Shown here: piece after piece, positions 55,028-64,000 of the stretch
Numbering within the stretch: position 1 is the first letter of the stretch
Layout of the letters: each line of letters starts with the position of its first letter
Assembly (NCBI GenBank): GCA_965199855.1
Contig: OZ241326.1
Span: 2,211,908 to 2,275,907, forward strand
Origin: a bacterium
Lineage (GTDB): Bacteria > UBA8248
Length of the DNA stretch: 64,000 nucleotides
Reading direction: 5' to 3'
Made by a program: the position numbers and the translations under genes
Notes under the pieces: model-generated
The model's database searches: none
What the model saw: the letters and a program-made list of their open reading frames with translations, nothing else
Told to the model about the DNA's origin: nothing

Positions 55028-55717
55028 TCAGTCGAGAGTCAGGACGCTCTCCAGCTCGTCGAGCGAGCGGATTTCCGCGTCGATCTCGTGGGGAACGCGC
55101 TCTTTTTTCTGCGCGAGGCGATTCACCCAGACCACGCGGAACCCGAAGCAGGACGCGCCCGCAACGTCCCACCCGTTCGAGGAGAAGAAGCAGATTCTCC
55201 CGGCGGGAACGCCGAGCCTGTCCGCCGCCAGCCGATAGGCGTCGGGATGCGTCTTGAAAACGCCCGCCTCCTCCACGGAGAGGACGGCTTCGAGGTATTC
55301 CCCGATTCCGGCGCTTTCCACCGCGCTGGCGAGCATTTCGGGCGATCCGTTCGAGAGAATCGCCGCCCGCGCCCGCTTCTCCCTCAGCCTTTCCAGGACG
55401 CCCCGCACCTCGGGATACGCGCTCAGCCGCCCGTAGAGCGCCATGAGCTCCTCCCGAAGCTTCGGGTCGCCCACGTCCAGCGCGTCCAGGGCGAAATCGA
55501 GCGCGTCGCCCGTCACCCGCCAGAAATCCGCGTGGCGGCCCATCAGGCTCCTCAGCCACGAGTACTCGATCTGCTTCGCGCGCCAGAGCGAGGAGAGCTC
55601 CCGCCACCGCTCGCCCAGCTCCGCCCGCTTTTCCTCCGCCGCCGCGGATACGTCGAACAGCGTGCCGTAGGCGTCGAACACGCAGGCGTCAACTTCATGC
55701 TCGCCCAGCAGGATCAT
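55028..55717 (-). CDS. Haloacid dehalogenase type II (HAD superfamily).
   Basis: 229 aa. Motif I DACVFDAYGTL, with the downstream Ser/Lys/Asp motifs of L-2-haloacid dehalogenases. Confidence 0.8.
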   Translation of the reverse strand: MILLGEHEVDACVFDAYGTLFDVSAAAEEKRAELGERWRELSSLWRAKQIEYSWLRSLMGRHADFWRVTGDALDFALDALDVGDPKLREELMALYGRLSAYPEVRGVLERLREKRARAAILSNGSPEMLASAVESAGIGEYLEAVLSVEEAGVFKTHPDAYRLAADRLGVPAGRICFFSSNGWDVAGASCFGFRVVWVNRLAQKKERVPHEIDAEIRSLDELESVLTLD

Positions 55718-55751
55718 CTCGTCCTCCCCGCGTCGAGGCGCGCGCGCCCTC

Positions 55752-56726
55752 TCAAGGCGTCAGATTCACCTTGCCCAGAAACTTTTCGCCCAGCAGAAGC
55801 TCGTGGGAATCGTTCGCCCGCTCCAGGGGAAGTTCCCGCCCGACGTGGGGCTTGACGGCGCCTCTCTCCAGCAGGGGACGCAGGCGCTTGAGGATGCCCG
55901 GGACGAGCGGATTCAGATTCCCCGAGGAGAGCGCGAGAATCCTGGCGTCGCGGCCCATGGCCGCCGGCAGGGAAATCGCCGCGTCGGGCCCCTTGCCCGT
56001 CCCCGTTCCGACGACGACGATTCGGCCGTTGACGGCGATGAGCTCCAGGTCCGCGGGCAGGTTCTCGCAGGCCGCGGTTTCGACGACCACGTCCGCGCCG
56101 CGTCCGGCACTCAGCTCCATGACGCGCCCGGGGACGCTCTCCTCCCTGTAGTTGACGACCGCCCCGGCGCCCGCCGCGAGGCAGAAATCCGCCTTCTCCT
56201 TCGAGCTCGCGGTGGCGAATACCCGGCAGCCCATCGCGCGCGCCAGCTGAATCGCCAGGTGGCCCACGCCGCCCGCGCCCCCCTGGACGAGGACGCAGTC
56301 GCCCGGCGCCGCCTCTCCCTTGACGACCAGGGCGTTCCAGGCCGTGAGAAGCGGGATGGGCAGGGCGGCGCCCTCGGCGAAGGACATCGCGTCCGGGAGC
56401 CTCCCCGTGGAGGCCGCGGACAGGAGCGCCTTCCCGGCGTATGCCCCCGTCAGGGCGCGGCCCCACACCCGATCCCCCGGGGCGAACGCATCGACGCCCT
56501 CGCCCACCGCCTCCACCTCGCCGGCTACGTCCGTCCCGCACGTGTAGGGCGGGCGCATCTCGCGGGCGCGCGGATGCTTCCCCGAACGAATGGCGATTTC
56601 CAGGGGATTCACCCCGGCGGCCGCCACGCGCGCGAGAATTTCGCCCGCGCCGGGCCGCGGCTCCTCCGCGTCTTCGAGAACCATGGGATGCTCAAGTCCG
56701 AACCGCGTCACCCGCACCGCCTTCAT
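55752..56726 (-). CDS. NADPH:quinone oxidoreductase / zinc-type ADH-like MDR protein (paralog 1).
   Basis: 324 aa. GroES-like N-terminal and Rossmann domain VLVQGGAGGVG. Confidence 0.85.
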   Translation of the reverse strand: MKAVRVTRFGLEHPMVLEDAEEPRPGAGEILARVAAAGVNPLEIAIRSGKHPRAREMRPPYTCGTDVAGEVEAVGEGVDAFAPGDRVWGRALTGAYAGKALLSAASTGRLPDAMSFAEGAALPIPLLTAWNALVVKGEAAPGDCVLVQGGAGGVGHLAIQLARAMGCRVFATASSKEKADFCLAAGAGAVVNYREESVPGRVMELSAGRGADVVVETAACENLPADLELIAVNGRIVVVGTGTGKGPDAAISLPAAMGRDARILALSSGNLNPLVPGILKRLRPLLERGAVKPHVGRELPLERANDSHELLLGEKFLGKVNLTP

Positions 56727-56758
56727 GCCGCTCTCCTCATCGCGCCCGGCGCCGCGCC

Positions 56759-57733
56759 TTAGGGGATCAGGACGACCTTCCCGACGAACCGGCCCTCCAG
56801 CACGTGGTCGTGCGCCTCGTTCGCCTCCTCGAAGCGCGCCGTCCTGTCAACGTGGACGCGGAACGCGCCCTCGCGCAGCAGGGGCGCGAAGCGGCGCACC
56901 AGCTCCGGCAGCTTGGGAAACAGGTTCACCACGGCCAGCCCCAGCACCACGGCGTCCTTCGTCATCACGGCCGGAACCCGGAACTCCGCGCCCGGCCCCT
57001 TGCCCGTGCCCGTGCCGATGACGATGATTCTTCCGTCCACGCGGATGGCGTCCAGGTCCCTGTCGAAATTGTCGCACGCGCAAAGCTCGACGATGACGTC
57101 AACGCCGCGCCCGCCGGTGAGCTCCAGGCAGCGCGCGGCGAAGTCCTCCTCGCGGTAGTTGATCACCGCGTCCGCGCCCAGGCTCCGGCAGAATTCCGCC
57201 TTCTCCTCCGAGCTCACCGTCGCGAAAACGCGGCACCCCAGACGCCTGGCGAGCTGAATCGCCGCCATGCCGACGCCTCCCGCCCCGCCCTGCACCAGCA
57301 CCGTCTCGCCGGGGCCCGCCGCCGCCTTGATGACGAGCGCGTTCCAGGCCGTATAGAACGCCACCGTGACGCACGCTCCCTCCTCCCAGGAATAGGCGTC
57401 GGGCAGCTCCGCCGCGGCGTCGGCCGCAAGCCGGACGCGCTCGGCGTAGCTTCCGCCGACGGCGCGGCCATAGACGCGCTGGCCGACTCGCCAGTTCTCC
57501 ACCCCCTCGCCCAGGGCGATGACCTCCCCCGCCGCCTCGGCGCCGGGAACGTAGGGCGGCGAAACCAGTTTGGCGTAGGGGTGCCGGGCGGCGCGGATGG
57601 CCAGGTCCACCGGATTGACGCCCACTGCGCCGGTTCGTATCAGCACCTCGCCGGGCTGGGGCGCGGCGTCCTCCACGTCATCCACCCGCATGGGAACGTC
57701 CAGGTTGAATTCATGTACGCGCACCGCTTTCAT
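56759..57733 (-). CDS. NADPH:quinone oxidoreductase-like MDR protein (paralog 2, tandem).
   Basis: From MKAVRVHEF… Same architecture and motif VLVQGGAGGVG as paralog 1. The ORF track lists start 57787. Confidence 0.85.
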   Translation of the reverse strand: MKAVRVHEFNLDVPMRVDDVEDAAPQPGEVLIRTGAVGVNPVDLAIRAARHPYAKLVSPPYVPGAEAAGEVIALGEGVENWRVGQRVYGRAVGGSYAERVRLAADAAAELPDAYSWEEGACVTVAFYTAWNALVIKAAAGPGETVLVQGGAGGVGMAAIQLARRLGCRVFATVSSEEKAEFCRSLGADAVINYREEDFAARCLELTGGRGVDVIVELCACDNFDRDLDAIRVDGRIIVIGTGTGKGPGAEFRVPAVMTKDAVVLGLAVVNLFPKLPELVRRFAPLLREGAFRVHVDRTARFEEANEAHDHVLEGRFVGKVVLIP

Positions 57734-57829
57734 CAGCCGCTTCGCTCCTCCGTTCGGGAAATCGCCCCGCAAGCCGCCGGACGACAAAAGAGACCTGAAC
57801 CATATCCCATAACCGCGCGCGGGCGAAGC

Positions 57830-58699
57830 CTAGAACGCATCCGACCAGCTTCCGCGGCGGCGCTCGCCCGCGTCGCACGGCGGCGCCGCTCTCGACGCGG
57901 GGAGCGCTCCCGCCGCGGCCGCCGCTCCCGAAGCGAGAAGGGGGGTTCGCTTCGCGCTCCGCGCCGGGCGCGGAGCCGGCGCGCCGACGATCTCCAGCGC
58001 CAGCTTTCTCCTGACGGCGCGCCCGAAGGACCCGAAGCCGTCGGCGACCACCAGAAAGGAGCGCCTGCCCCCGATGACGCATTTTCGATAATACAAATCC
58101 AGGTTCGGCATCGGGGCTCTCCCCCAGGGGCTGGGCCGGCCGTTCATGATGGGGAGTCCGTTGATCGTCACCCCCGCGCGCAGGGCCTTCGCGCGCGCCG
58201 CGGTCACGAAGTCCCCGCTGTTGTTGGGGCCGTCGCCGGAGATGTCGATGACGCGGCGCTCCCCCCTGAAGCCGCTGCCCTCGAACAGCGTCAGCGCGAA
58301 CTCTATCGCGCCGCTTATGGAGGTGTAGGGCCCCCTGCCCACCGGCCTGCGGGCGAGGAGAGCGGCGAACGCCTCGGCACTCGCCCTGTCGTGAATCCCC
58401 CGCCAGCCCACCACGCTGGTCTGAAAATCGTAGCCTGCCCACTCCACGTAGGTCGCCGCGATGCGCTTTCGCCTGCCCGAGCGGATGGCGCGCAGGACGG
58501 AGGGGGAGCGAAAGGCGCTCACGTATCCCATGCGCTGGAGCTTCCCCTCTTCTTCGTCCACGCTGCCGGAGACGTCGATGGCGAGAACCAGCTCCAGGTC
58601 CACGGCGACCTCGGCGGAGCGCGCGAGACCCGCGTGAAGGGAGACAGCGAGCGCCGCCGCCAAAGCCGCCGGAGCGATTCGCGTGAAGGAGCGAGCCAT
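57830..58699 (-). CDS. Secreted DUF1194 (VWA-like) protein.
   Basis: 289 aa. Signal peptide, then LVLAIDVSGSVD (MIDAS-like) and conserved DUF1194 blocks. Confidence 0.55.
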   Translation of the reverse strand: MARSFTRIAPAALAAALAVSLHAGLARSAEVAVDLELVLAIDVSGSVDEEEGKLQRMGYVSAFRSPSVLRAIRSGRRKRIAATYVEWAGYDFQTSVVGWRGIHDRASAEAFAALLARRPVGRGPYTSISGAIEFALTLFEGSGFRGERRVIDISGDGPNNSGDFVTAARAKALRAGVTINGLPIMNGRPSPWGRAPMPNLDLYYRKCVIGGRRSFLVVADGFGSFGRAVRRKLALEIVGAPAPRPARSAKRTPLLASGAAAAAGALPASRAAPPCDAGERRRGSWSDAF

Positions 58700-58863
58700 C
58701 GCCTCTCCTGAAGCCTGCGCCTTTCCGCGCCGCGCGGGAACGGCCCGCTCCCCGCGGCGCGCCCCCGGCCGGACGCGGCGCCGGAGGCGCCCGGTTCGCT
58801 CGCGCCCGGAACCGGGCTATCGTAATATGAAACGCTGGGTTGCTTCACCATGGAGAGTTGGCG

Positions 58864-60255
58864 ATGCTCGACCTCAAGCCTCCCGACGCGGCGATCGAAA
58901 TCCTCCGCGCCCTGCGCGCCGCGGGCCACCGGGCGCTTCTCGCGGGAGGCTGCGTGCGCGACGCCCTCCTCGGCCGCGAGCCCAGGGACTGGGACATCGC
59001 CACGGACGCGGGCCCCGAAGCCGCGCGGACCCTCTTCGAGAAGACCGTGGCCGTGGGCGCGCGGTTCGGCGTCTCGCGCGTCCTGCTGGACGGCCGGGAG
59101 TTCGAGGTGGCGCAGTTCCGGCGGGACGGCGCCTACGAGGACGGCAGGCGGCCCGCCTCGGTTCTTCCCACCAGCGAGGAGGAGGACGCGAGGCGGCGCG
59201 ACTTCACCATCAACGGAATGTTCTACGACCCGTTCGAGCGCCGCGCGCTCGACTACGTCGGCGGCCTGCGCGACCTCGACGGAAAAATCATCCGCGCCAT
59301 CGGGGACCCGAACCTCCGCTTCCGGGAAGATCATCTGCGGATGATGCGGGCGGCGCGCTTCTCGGCGCGGTTCGGCTTCGACATCGAGCCGGCGACCGCC
59401 GCCGCCGTCCGCGCCAACGCCGGGCGCATCTCCAGAATAAGCCCCGAGAGGATTCAGGAGGAGCTGACGGCGATGCTCACCGGGGAGAATCCCCATCGCG
59501 CCCTCGCCGCGCTGGATTCGCTCGGACTCCTCGAATGCGTCCTGCCCGAGGTCGCCGCCATGAAGGGGGTGGCGCAGCCGCCGGAATTCCACCCCGAGGG
59601 CGACGTCTGGACGCACGTCCTCCTCATGCTGGCGCTCATGCGCGCCCCCTCGCCCGCGCTCGCCTGGGGCGTCCTGCTCCACGACGTCGGAAAGCCCGCC
59701 ACCTACGCGGAGGCCGACCGCATCCGCTTCAACGGGCACGACAGGGCGGGGGCGGAGATGAGCGCGAACGTCTGCGGCAGGCTGCGCATGTCCGGCGCGC
59801 GCGCGTCGAGGATTCGGGAGCTGGTCGCCAACCACATGCGCTTCATGCGCGTGGAGAAGATGCGGGAGAGCCGCCTGAAGCGGCTGCTCCGCGAGCCCTG
59901 CTTCGAGGAGCTCCTGGAGCTGCACCGCCTCGACTGCCTCGCCAGCCACGGCGATTTGAGAACCCATGAATTCTGCGTCCGGAAACGGCGCGCGCTCCGG
60001 GAGGAGGCCCTCCGCCCGCCGCGCCTGCTGGACGGCCGCGAACTGATGAAAATGGGCTATCCGCCGGGGCCGGGGCTGGGGGAGATTCTCGCCGCCATCG
60101 AGGACGCGCAGCTCGAGGGCCGCGTCTCCACCGCCGCGCAGGCCAGGGATTTCACGAGGCGAAACTTCGCCCTTCCGGAGACTCGCCCCTCCGGAAAGCC
60201 GCGCGCTCCCGCGCGGGCCGACCCGCCTCCCGGCGACCGCGGGGAGCGGCCATGA
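58864..60255 (+). CDS. cca: CCA tRNA nucleotidyltransferase (PolyA polymerase head domain plus HD domain).
   Basis: From MLDLKPPDAAIEIL… Nucleotidyltransferase motif …LAGGCVRDALLGREPRDWDIAT…; RDFTINGM; and a C-terminal HD region (LLHDVGK). Confidence 0.85.
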   Translation: MLDLKPPDAAIEILRALRAAGHRALLAGGCVRDALLGREPRDWDIATDAGPEAARTLFEKTVAVGARFGVSRVLLDGREFEVAQFRRDGAYEDGRRPASVLPTSEEEDARRRDFTINGMFYDPFERRALDYVGGLRDLDGKIIRAIGDPNLRFREDHLRMMRAARFSARFGFDIEPATAAAVRANAGRISRISPERIQEELTAMLTGENPHRALAALDSLGLLECVLPEVAAMKGVAQPPEFHPEGDVWTHVLLMLALMRAPSPALAWGVLLHDVGKPATYAEADRIRFNGHDRAGAEMSANVCGRLRMSGARASRIRELVANHMRFMRVEKMRESRLKRLLREPCFEELLELHRLDCLASHGDLRTHEFCVRKRRALREEALRPPRLLDGRELMKMGYPPGPGLGEILAAIEDAQLEGRVSTAAQARDFTRRNFALPETRPSGKPRAPARADPPPGDRGERP

Positions 60256-60785
60256 CGCGAACCTCCATCATGACGGCGCGCGAGCTCGAAATCTCCCTCG
60301 GAAGAATCGCTTCCGAGATGGCGGAGGCGCGCGCGGCGGACGCGGGTCTCGCCCTCGTCGGAATCCTCACGCGCGGCGAGCCGCTGGCGCGGAGGCTCCG
60401 CAGGCGCATTCAGGAGCTCGAGAACGTCGCGCCCGCCCTCGGCGCCCTCGACATCGGAATTCACCGCGACGACGCGGGACACCCCGCGAAGGGGCGCGGC
60501 TTCGAGCCGACGCTCATCGACTTCGACATCACCGACCGCCACGTCTTCCTGGTGGACGACGTGTTCTTCACGGGCCGAACCGCGCGCGCCGCCCTGGACG
60601 CCCTGATGGAGCTGGGGCGGCCGAAGCGCATCTGGCTCGCCGTCCTGATAGATCGGGGACACCGGGAGCTGCCCTTCCGCCCCGACTTCATCGGCAAGAG
60701 CGTGCCCACCTCGCTCGATGAGCGCGTCCAGGTGCGGATGCGGGAGGTGGACGGCGAGGACGGGGTATGGCTCGCGAAAGGATGA
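60252..60785 (+). CDS. PyrR-like regulator / uracil phosphoribosyltransferase (second paralog).
   Basis: 177 aa. PRTase motif VFLVDDVFFTGRTARAA, colinear with PyrR. Its ATG overlaps the cca stop (ATGA), so it is co-transcribed with cca. Confidence 0.8.
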   Translation: MTRTSIMTARELEISLGRIASEMAEARAADAGLALVGILTRGEPLARRLRRRIQELENVAPALGALDIGIHRDDAGHPAKGRGFEPTLIDFDITDRHVFLVDDVFFTGRTARAALDALMELGRPKRIWLAVLIDRGHRELPFRPDFIGKSVPTSLDERVQVRMREVDGEDGVWLAKG

Positions 60786-60948
60786 GCCGCTGCGGGGGAG
60801 AGGCGGCCGCGCTTCCCCAGGTTGCCTTTTTTATATTTTGAAGTCCAGGTCGATTTACGCACCCTCAATGCCCTGCAACCTGTCTCGCAGGGCCGCTCGC
60901 TGTTCAGGGGACATAGCCGCCGCTAACTTCTTGAATTCATGTATTTCT

Positions 60949-61422
60949 TTATCCTTTTTCATCCGAATAGGGCATTCTATCGAATCTCTTCAGTTCGACG
61001 TTGATCTTATCAATACGGAGGCAGTCTCCGCGCGATCTGACCATAAACTGATACTGATTTTCTCCTCCTAGTGGAGCTCGAGAAAATTCGTTTCTCGCAT
61101 TTACGAATGGAGCCAAACGTCCGCAGAACGCCTCAAGACTCCGCGTTTTAAGCTGGGCGATGACGAGCCTTCCCTCAATACGCGCTTGTTCTTCATCTTT
61201 CATCATCTCTTCTGGTATGCCGTGCCAATCCTTCTTTCCACCCAGAACCCACCAGTTTCGGCCTGATTCATCTTGCAACCACTTTTGGCGTTTCCCTACT
61301 GGCGTCAGGGTGACGTCGAATTTTGCGTGAATAGCATCTATGACGGGCCGCCTATCAAAATTGTTGAATTTTTCCGATGACTTCTTCATGCTTTCCTCTC
61401 CCAAGCGGCTTGAAAGCTCCAT
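60949..61422 (-). CDS. Hypothetical protein (157 aa) in a low-GC islet.
   Basis: ORF in a ~45-50% GC segment. No recognisable family. Start overlaps the upstream gene's stop by 1 codon spacing. Confidence 0.4.
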   Translation of the reverse strand: MELSSRLGEESMKKSSEKFNNFDRRPVIDAIHAKFDVTLTPVGKRQKWLQDESGRNWWVLGGKKDWHGIPEEMMKDEEQARIEGRLVIAQLKTRSLEAFCGRLAPFVNARNEFSRAPLGGENQYQFMVRSRGDCLRIDKINVELKRFDRMPYSDEKG

Positions 61423-61424
61423 CG

Positions 61425-61955
61425 CTAGTCCTCCTGTCTCTCTTCGTCCTCCTCTCCGGATTGATTGAGGGTCGCCGCGTCCAGCCCCGCTCCCAGGTTG
61501 TCGGCCAGCTCACCCCAGCCGTCCATAAAATCTCTTGCATCGTTGAACACGACGAAGGCAGCGCCGCCAGCCTCATAGAGCTGAGGAGCCGCCGCGAGTA
61601 GAGCGGCATCATCAAGGCTGGATATGTTGTCCGCCACAATCCGACCGACTGGCCCTTGAGTGTCGCAGACGGAATAGCTGGCCCCATTTTTGACGGGGAT
61701 CCAGCTCCGGGGCGGCCGTATGGATCGGCTCAACAGGACGCCGAACGCGAGCTTGGCCAGCACCGGAATCTTCTTGCCCGGCTTGAACCAACCGTTTATA
61801 GTGGTTTCGGGCACATCCAGAACCGCGCTGAGATTGCGTTGCCAGCCGCGTCGCCCGTATCTCCGCTCGAAAGCGGACCTGAGATCCATATCTTTCACAT
61901 AGTTGGTCAGCCCTTCCCGGAAATCAGCGTCGGCGATCATTCTCAAGTTGCCCAT
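61425..61955 (-). CDS. Hypothetical HTH-containing protein (176 aa) in a low-GC islet.
   Basis: Predicted helix-turn-helix around …LSAVLDVPETTINGWFKPGKKIPVLAKLAFGVL… with an acidic C-terminal tail. It is the upstream gene of a two-gene unit. Confidence 0.4.
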   Translation of the reverse strand: MGNLRMIADADFREGLTNYVKDMDLRSAFERRYGRRGWQRNLSAVLDVPETTINGWFKPGKKIPVLAKLAFGVLLSRSIRPPRSWIPVKNGASYSVCDTQGPVGRIVADNISSLDDAALLAAAPQLYEAGGAAFVVFNDARDFMDGWGELADNLGAGLDAATLNQSGEEDEERQED

Positions 61956-62101
61956 TCCATCAATCTCCCGCGTAAAATTACGAATCTCATTCTAAAAACT
62001 CTTGTAATACACGAAATTAAGTTTGTCAAGAATTAAAATAACATTTATTTAAGGAATTTCGGGTTTCAAGGGATTCCCCGGAATGAAATCAAAGATTTCC
62101 C

Positions 62102-63007
62102 CTACGCGCTCGCCCAGGCGATCATGATCGTGGCGAAGAACAGCAGGGCCGCCCCCGCCCACTTCTGCCAGGTCAGCCGCTCCTCCTCCCCCAGCCAGAC
62201 GCGCGCCAACGCGAGCGAGAACAGCGGCGCCGTATAGCTCAGGGGCATGACGACGAACACCTCCCCATACTGAAACGCCGAGAAGAACGCCAGATAGGCC
62301 GCGGCGTTGACGGCGCCCGCGACGAGGAGCCACCTCAGCCCGGCCGCGTCCATCCGGAAGCGCTCGGCGGCGGGCAGGGCGGGAGCGAGCAGCAGGAGCG
62401 TGGGCAACGAGACGGCGTTGGCGATGGTCGCGCCGATGAGGGGGTCGCCGTAGAGGAGCAGCCCGTAGCGCCGCAGGGTGGAGGCGAGCGCCATGACGAG
62501 GGCGTGAAGCAGGGGGAAGATCATGTGCGCGCGCCGCCAGTCGGCGTCTCCTTCCGGCTTCATGGTCAGGAACGCGCAGCCCGCCATCACGAAAAAAATG
62601 GCGATCCACGCCGCCGCGCCCGGCTCCTCTCCGAGCCACGCGATGGCCGCCAGGGTCGAGAGAAACGGGGTAATCGTCACCAGGGGCATGGTGCGGCCGA
62701 CGCCTATCGTCCTGAAGCCCAGAAAGAGGAGGAAGCGGCTGAACCCGGGCGCCAGGACGCCGCCGACGACGAACCAGAGCGCCGCCCGGGGCGAGAGCGC
62801 CCCCCAGTCCGAGAAGGCGAGAGAGAGGCCCCCCAGAAGCGGAATCCCCAGCCCCAGGCCGATGAGGGCGCCCACGTAGGGCGAGGTTCCCCCCAGCCCC
62901 TTGCGCGCGACGACGCTGAAGACGGCGAACAGAACCGAGGACGCCAGGCTCAGGCCCACGGCGAGATAATGCTCCAAGGCGTCCCCCTGCGGCGCGCGGG
63001 CGTCCAA
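62102..63007 (-). CDS. EamA/DMT-family transporter.
   Basis: 301 aa, ~10 TM helices, duplicated EamA-like halves. Confidence 0.8.
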   Translation of the reverse strand: MDARAPQGDALEHYLAVGLSLASSVLFAVFSVVARKGLGGTSPYVGALIGLGLGIPLLGGLSLAFSDWGALSPRAALWFVVGGVLAPGFSRFLLFLGFRTIGVGRTMPLVTITPFLSTLAAIAWLGEEPGAAAWIAIFFVMAGCAFLTMKPEGDADWRRAHMIFPLLHALVMALASTLRRYGLLLYGDPLIGATIANAVSLPTLLLLAPALPAAERFRMDAAGLRWLLVAGAVNAAAYLAFFSAFQYGEVFVVMPLSYTAPLFSLALARVWLGEEERLTWQKWAGAALLFFATIMIAWASA

Positions 63008-63090
63008 AAAAGCCGGGGCGGAAGGCTCGCCCCTCCGCCCCGGCGCGTCAAACGCTCAGGCTTCCGCCCGATTCGGCGATTCCCGCTCCC

Positions 63091-63981
63091 CTAGTAATAC
63101 GCCTGCCCGGGCGCCACCGGCGGCGTCCACTCGCAATCGCCGAAGGGCCCGTCCCCGTTCTCCTTCACGTAGGCGACGCGCGCGTCGCTCACGCTCTCAT
63201 CCATCAGGGCGCGGCGGAGCCAGTCCAGGATGTACTGGTGATTGTCCATGCCGCCCAGGTTCGTGAGGCTCACCAGGGGATGAAACTGGTTCTCGAACAC
63301 CCACAGCTCTTTCCTGCAGGTGAGGTCCTCATACACCTCGATGGCGTCCTCGAGCGGGCAAAGCGGGTCGAACTCGCCCGTCACCAGCAGGGTGGGGCAC
63401 TGTATCTTGTCCATGTAGCCCTTGACGGTCATCGCGCGCGCCATCTCGTCGAACTCGTCCTCATCCTTCATGCCCGCCATGTACATGAAAATCTGCTTGA
63501 AGCGCGGCGAGGACTGCGTGAAGATGGTGTTGTTGGGGTTGAAGCAGGCCACCGCGCTCGCCACCGCCGCCGCCCGGTGGTCGTAGCTCGCCAGACGAAG
63601 CGACCAGAAGCTGCCCATGCTGATGCCGTAGATGCCGATTTTCGTCGGCTCGACTTCCTCGCGGCCCAGCAGGTGGTCGATCACCGCGGCGCCGGCGCGC
63701 TCGTAGTTGTCCCCGACGGCGCGTATCTTCTGCATGTTGGAGTTGCCCTGCCCCGGGCCGTCCATCGCCAGCACGTGAAAGCCCCGCTCGGCGGCGACGT
63801 TGCGCCTCGCGTGGGGAAACACCTCTTTCGTCTGGTCCATGCCCGGCACGTAGATCACGCAGGGCGCCTTTCGGCGATCCGGCAGAAGGTGCAGGAGGCA
63901 CGAGATGGTCTTGCCGTCGTCGAAGGGAACCTCGACGCGCTCGATGGGGTAGGCGGCCGTCTCGGATCGCCTGTCCACCAT
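63091..63981 (-). CDS. Alpha/beta hydrolase (dienelactone-hydrolase / S9-like). The start may lie beyond the window end.
   Basis: 296 aa. Nucleophile elbow GISMGS, with downstream Asp/His in an alpha/beta-hydrolase arrangement. Confidence 0.7.
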   Translation of the reverse strand: MVDRRSETAAYPIERVEVPFDDGKTISCLLHLLPDRRKAPCVIYVPGMDQTKEVFPHARRNVAAERGFHVLAMDGPGQGNSNMQKIRAVGDNYERAGAAVIDHLLGREEVEPTKIGIYGISMGSFWSLRLASYDHRAAAVASAVACFNPNNTIFTQSSPRFKQIFMYMAGMKDEDEFDEMARAMTVKGYMDKIQCPTLLVTGEFDPLCPLEDAIEVYEDLTCRKELWVFENQFHPLVSLTNLGGMDNHQYILDWLRRALMDESVSDARVAYVKENGDGPFGDCEWTPPVAPGQAYY

Positions 63982-64000
63982 CTCCCCGAGCTTGTTGTTG

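Noticed and set aside
58519-59967. 482-aa minus-strand ORF.
   Set aside because: Antisense to the CCA-adding enzyme gene, with a low-complexity translation.

Overview
This is a high-GC (~68-70%) bacterial chromosomal segment, densely coding, with mostly housekeeping genes. Three short low-GC islets look horizontally acquired (a Type I RM M+S pair at 2.8-6.4 kb, and islets at 51.9-52.7 kb and 60.8-62.1 kb).

Core genes:
- Class I fumarate hydratase (5' partial), mdh and icd form a TCA cluster.
- rsmA/ksgA, a GT9 heptosyltransferase-like gene, and lepA-lepB.
- htrA/degP, tal, gdh, and an ABC-2 exporter translationally coupled to an AlkA-like glycosylase and a dGTPase.
- The pyrR-pyrB-pyrC-carA-carB operon, with a PyrR-type attenuator leader.
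- Two SurA-like parvulins, mfd, rodZ, a class I-beta DAHP synthase, and an amidohydrolase.
- Tandem acyl-CoA dehydrogenases, pdxA, a split ComD/ComE-type TPP decarboxylase, a HAD dehalogenase, tandem Qor-type reductases, the CCA enzyme plus a second pyrR paralog, an EamA transporter and an alpha/beta hydrolase.

Most notable: a + strand cluster at 43.1-51.0 kb encodes a putative selenoprotein. It is a UxxC ('UGSC') redox protein whose gene reads through an in-frame TGA that is followed by a SECIS-like hairpin. Downstream are RidA, YqeB-like, MoxR-like AAA+, VWA, YqeC-like and XdhC. These are the hallmark accessory genes of selenium-dependent molybdenum hydroxylases. No hydroxylase structural genes or selD lie in the window.

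Also notable: two ~720-bp near-identical inverted repeats (13.1-13.8 kb and 20.0-20.7 kb) bracket a 6.2-kb multi-gene segment. They are packed with hairpins and contain a perfect 18-bp palindrome. No CRISPR arrays, rRNA or tRNA genes were recognised.

Coordinates derived by hand may be off by 1-2 nt.
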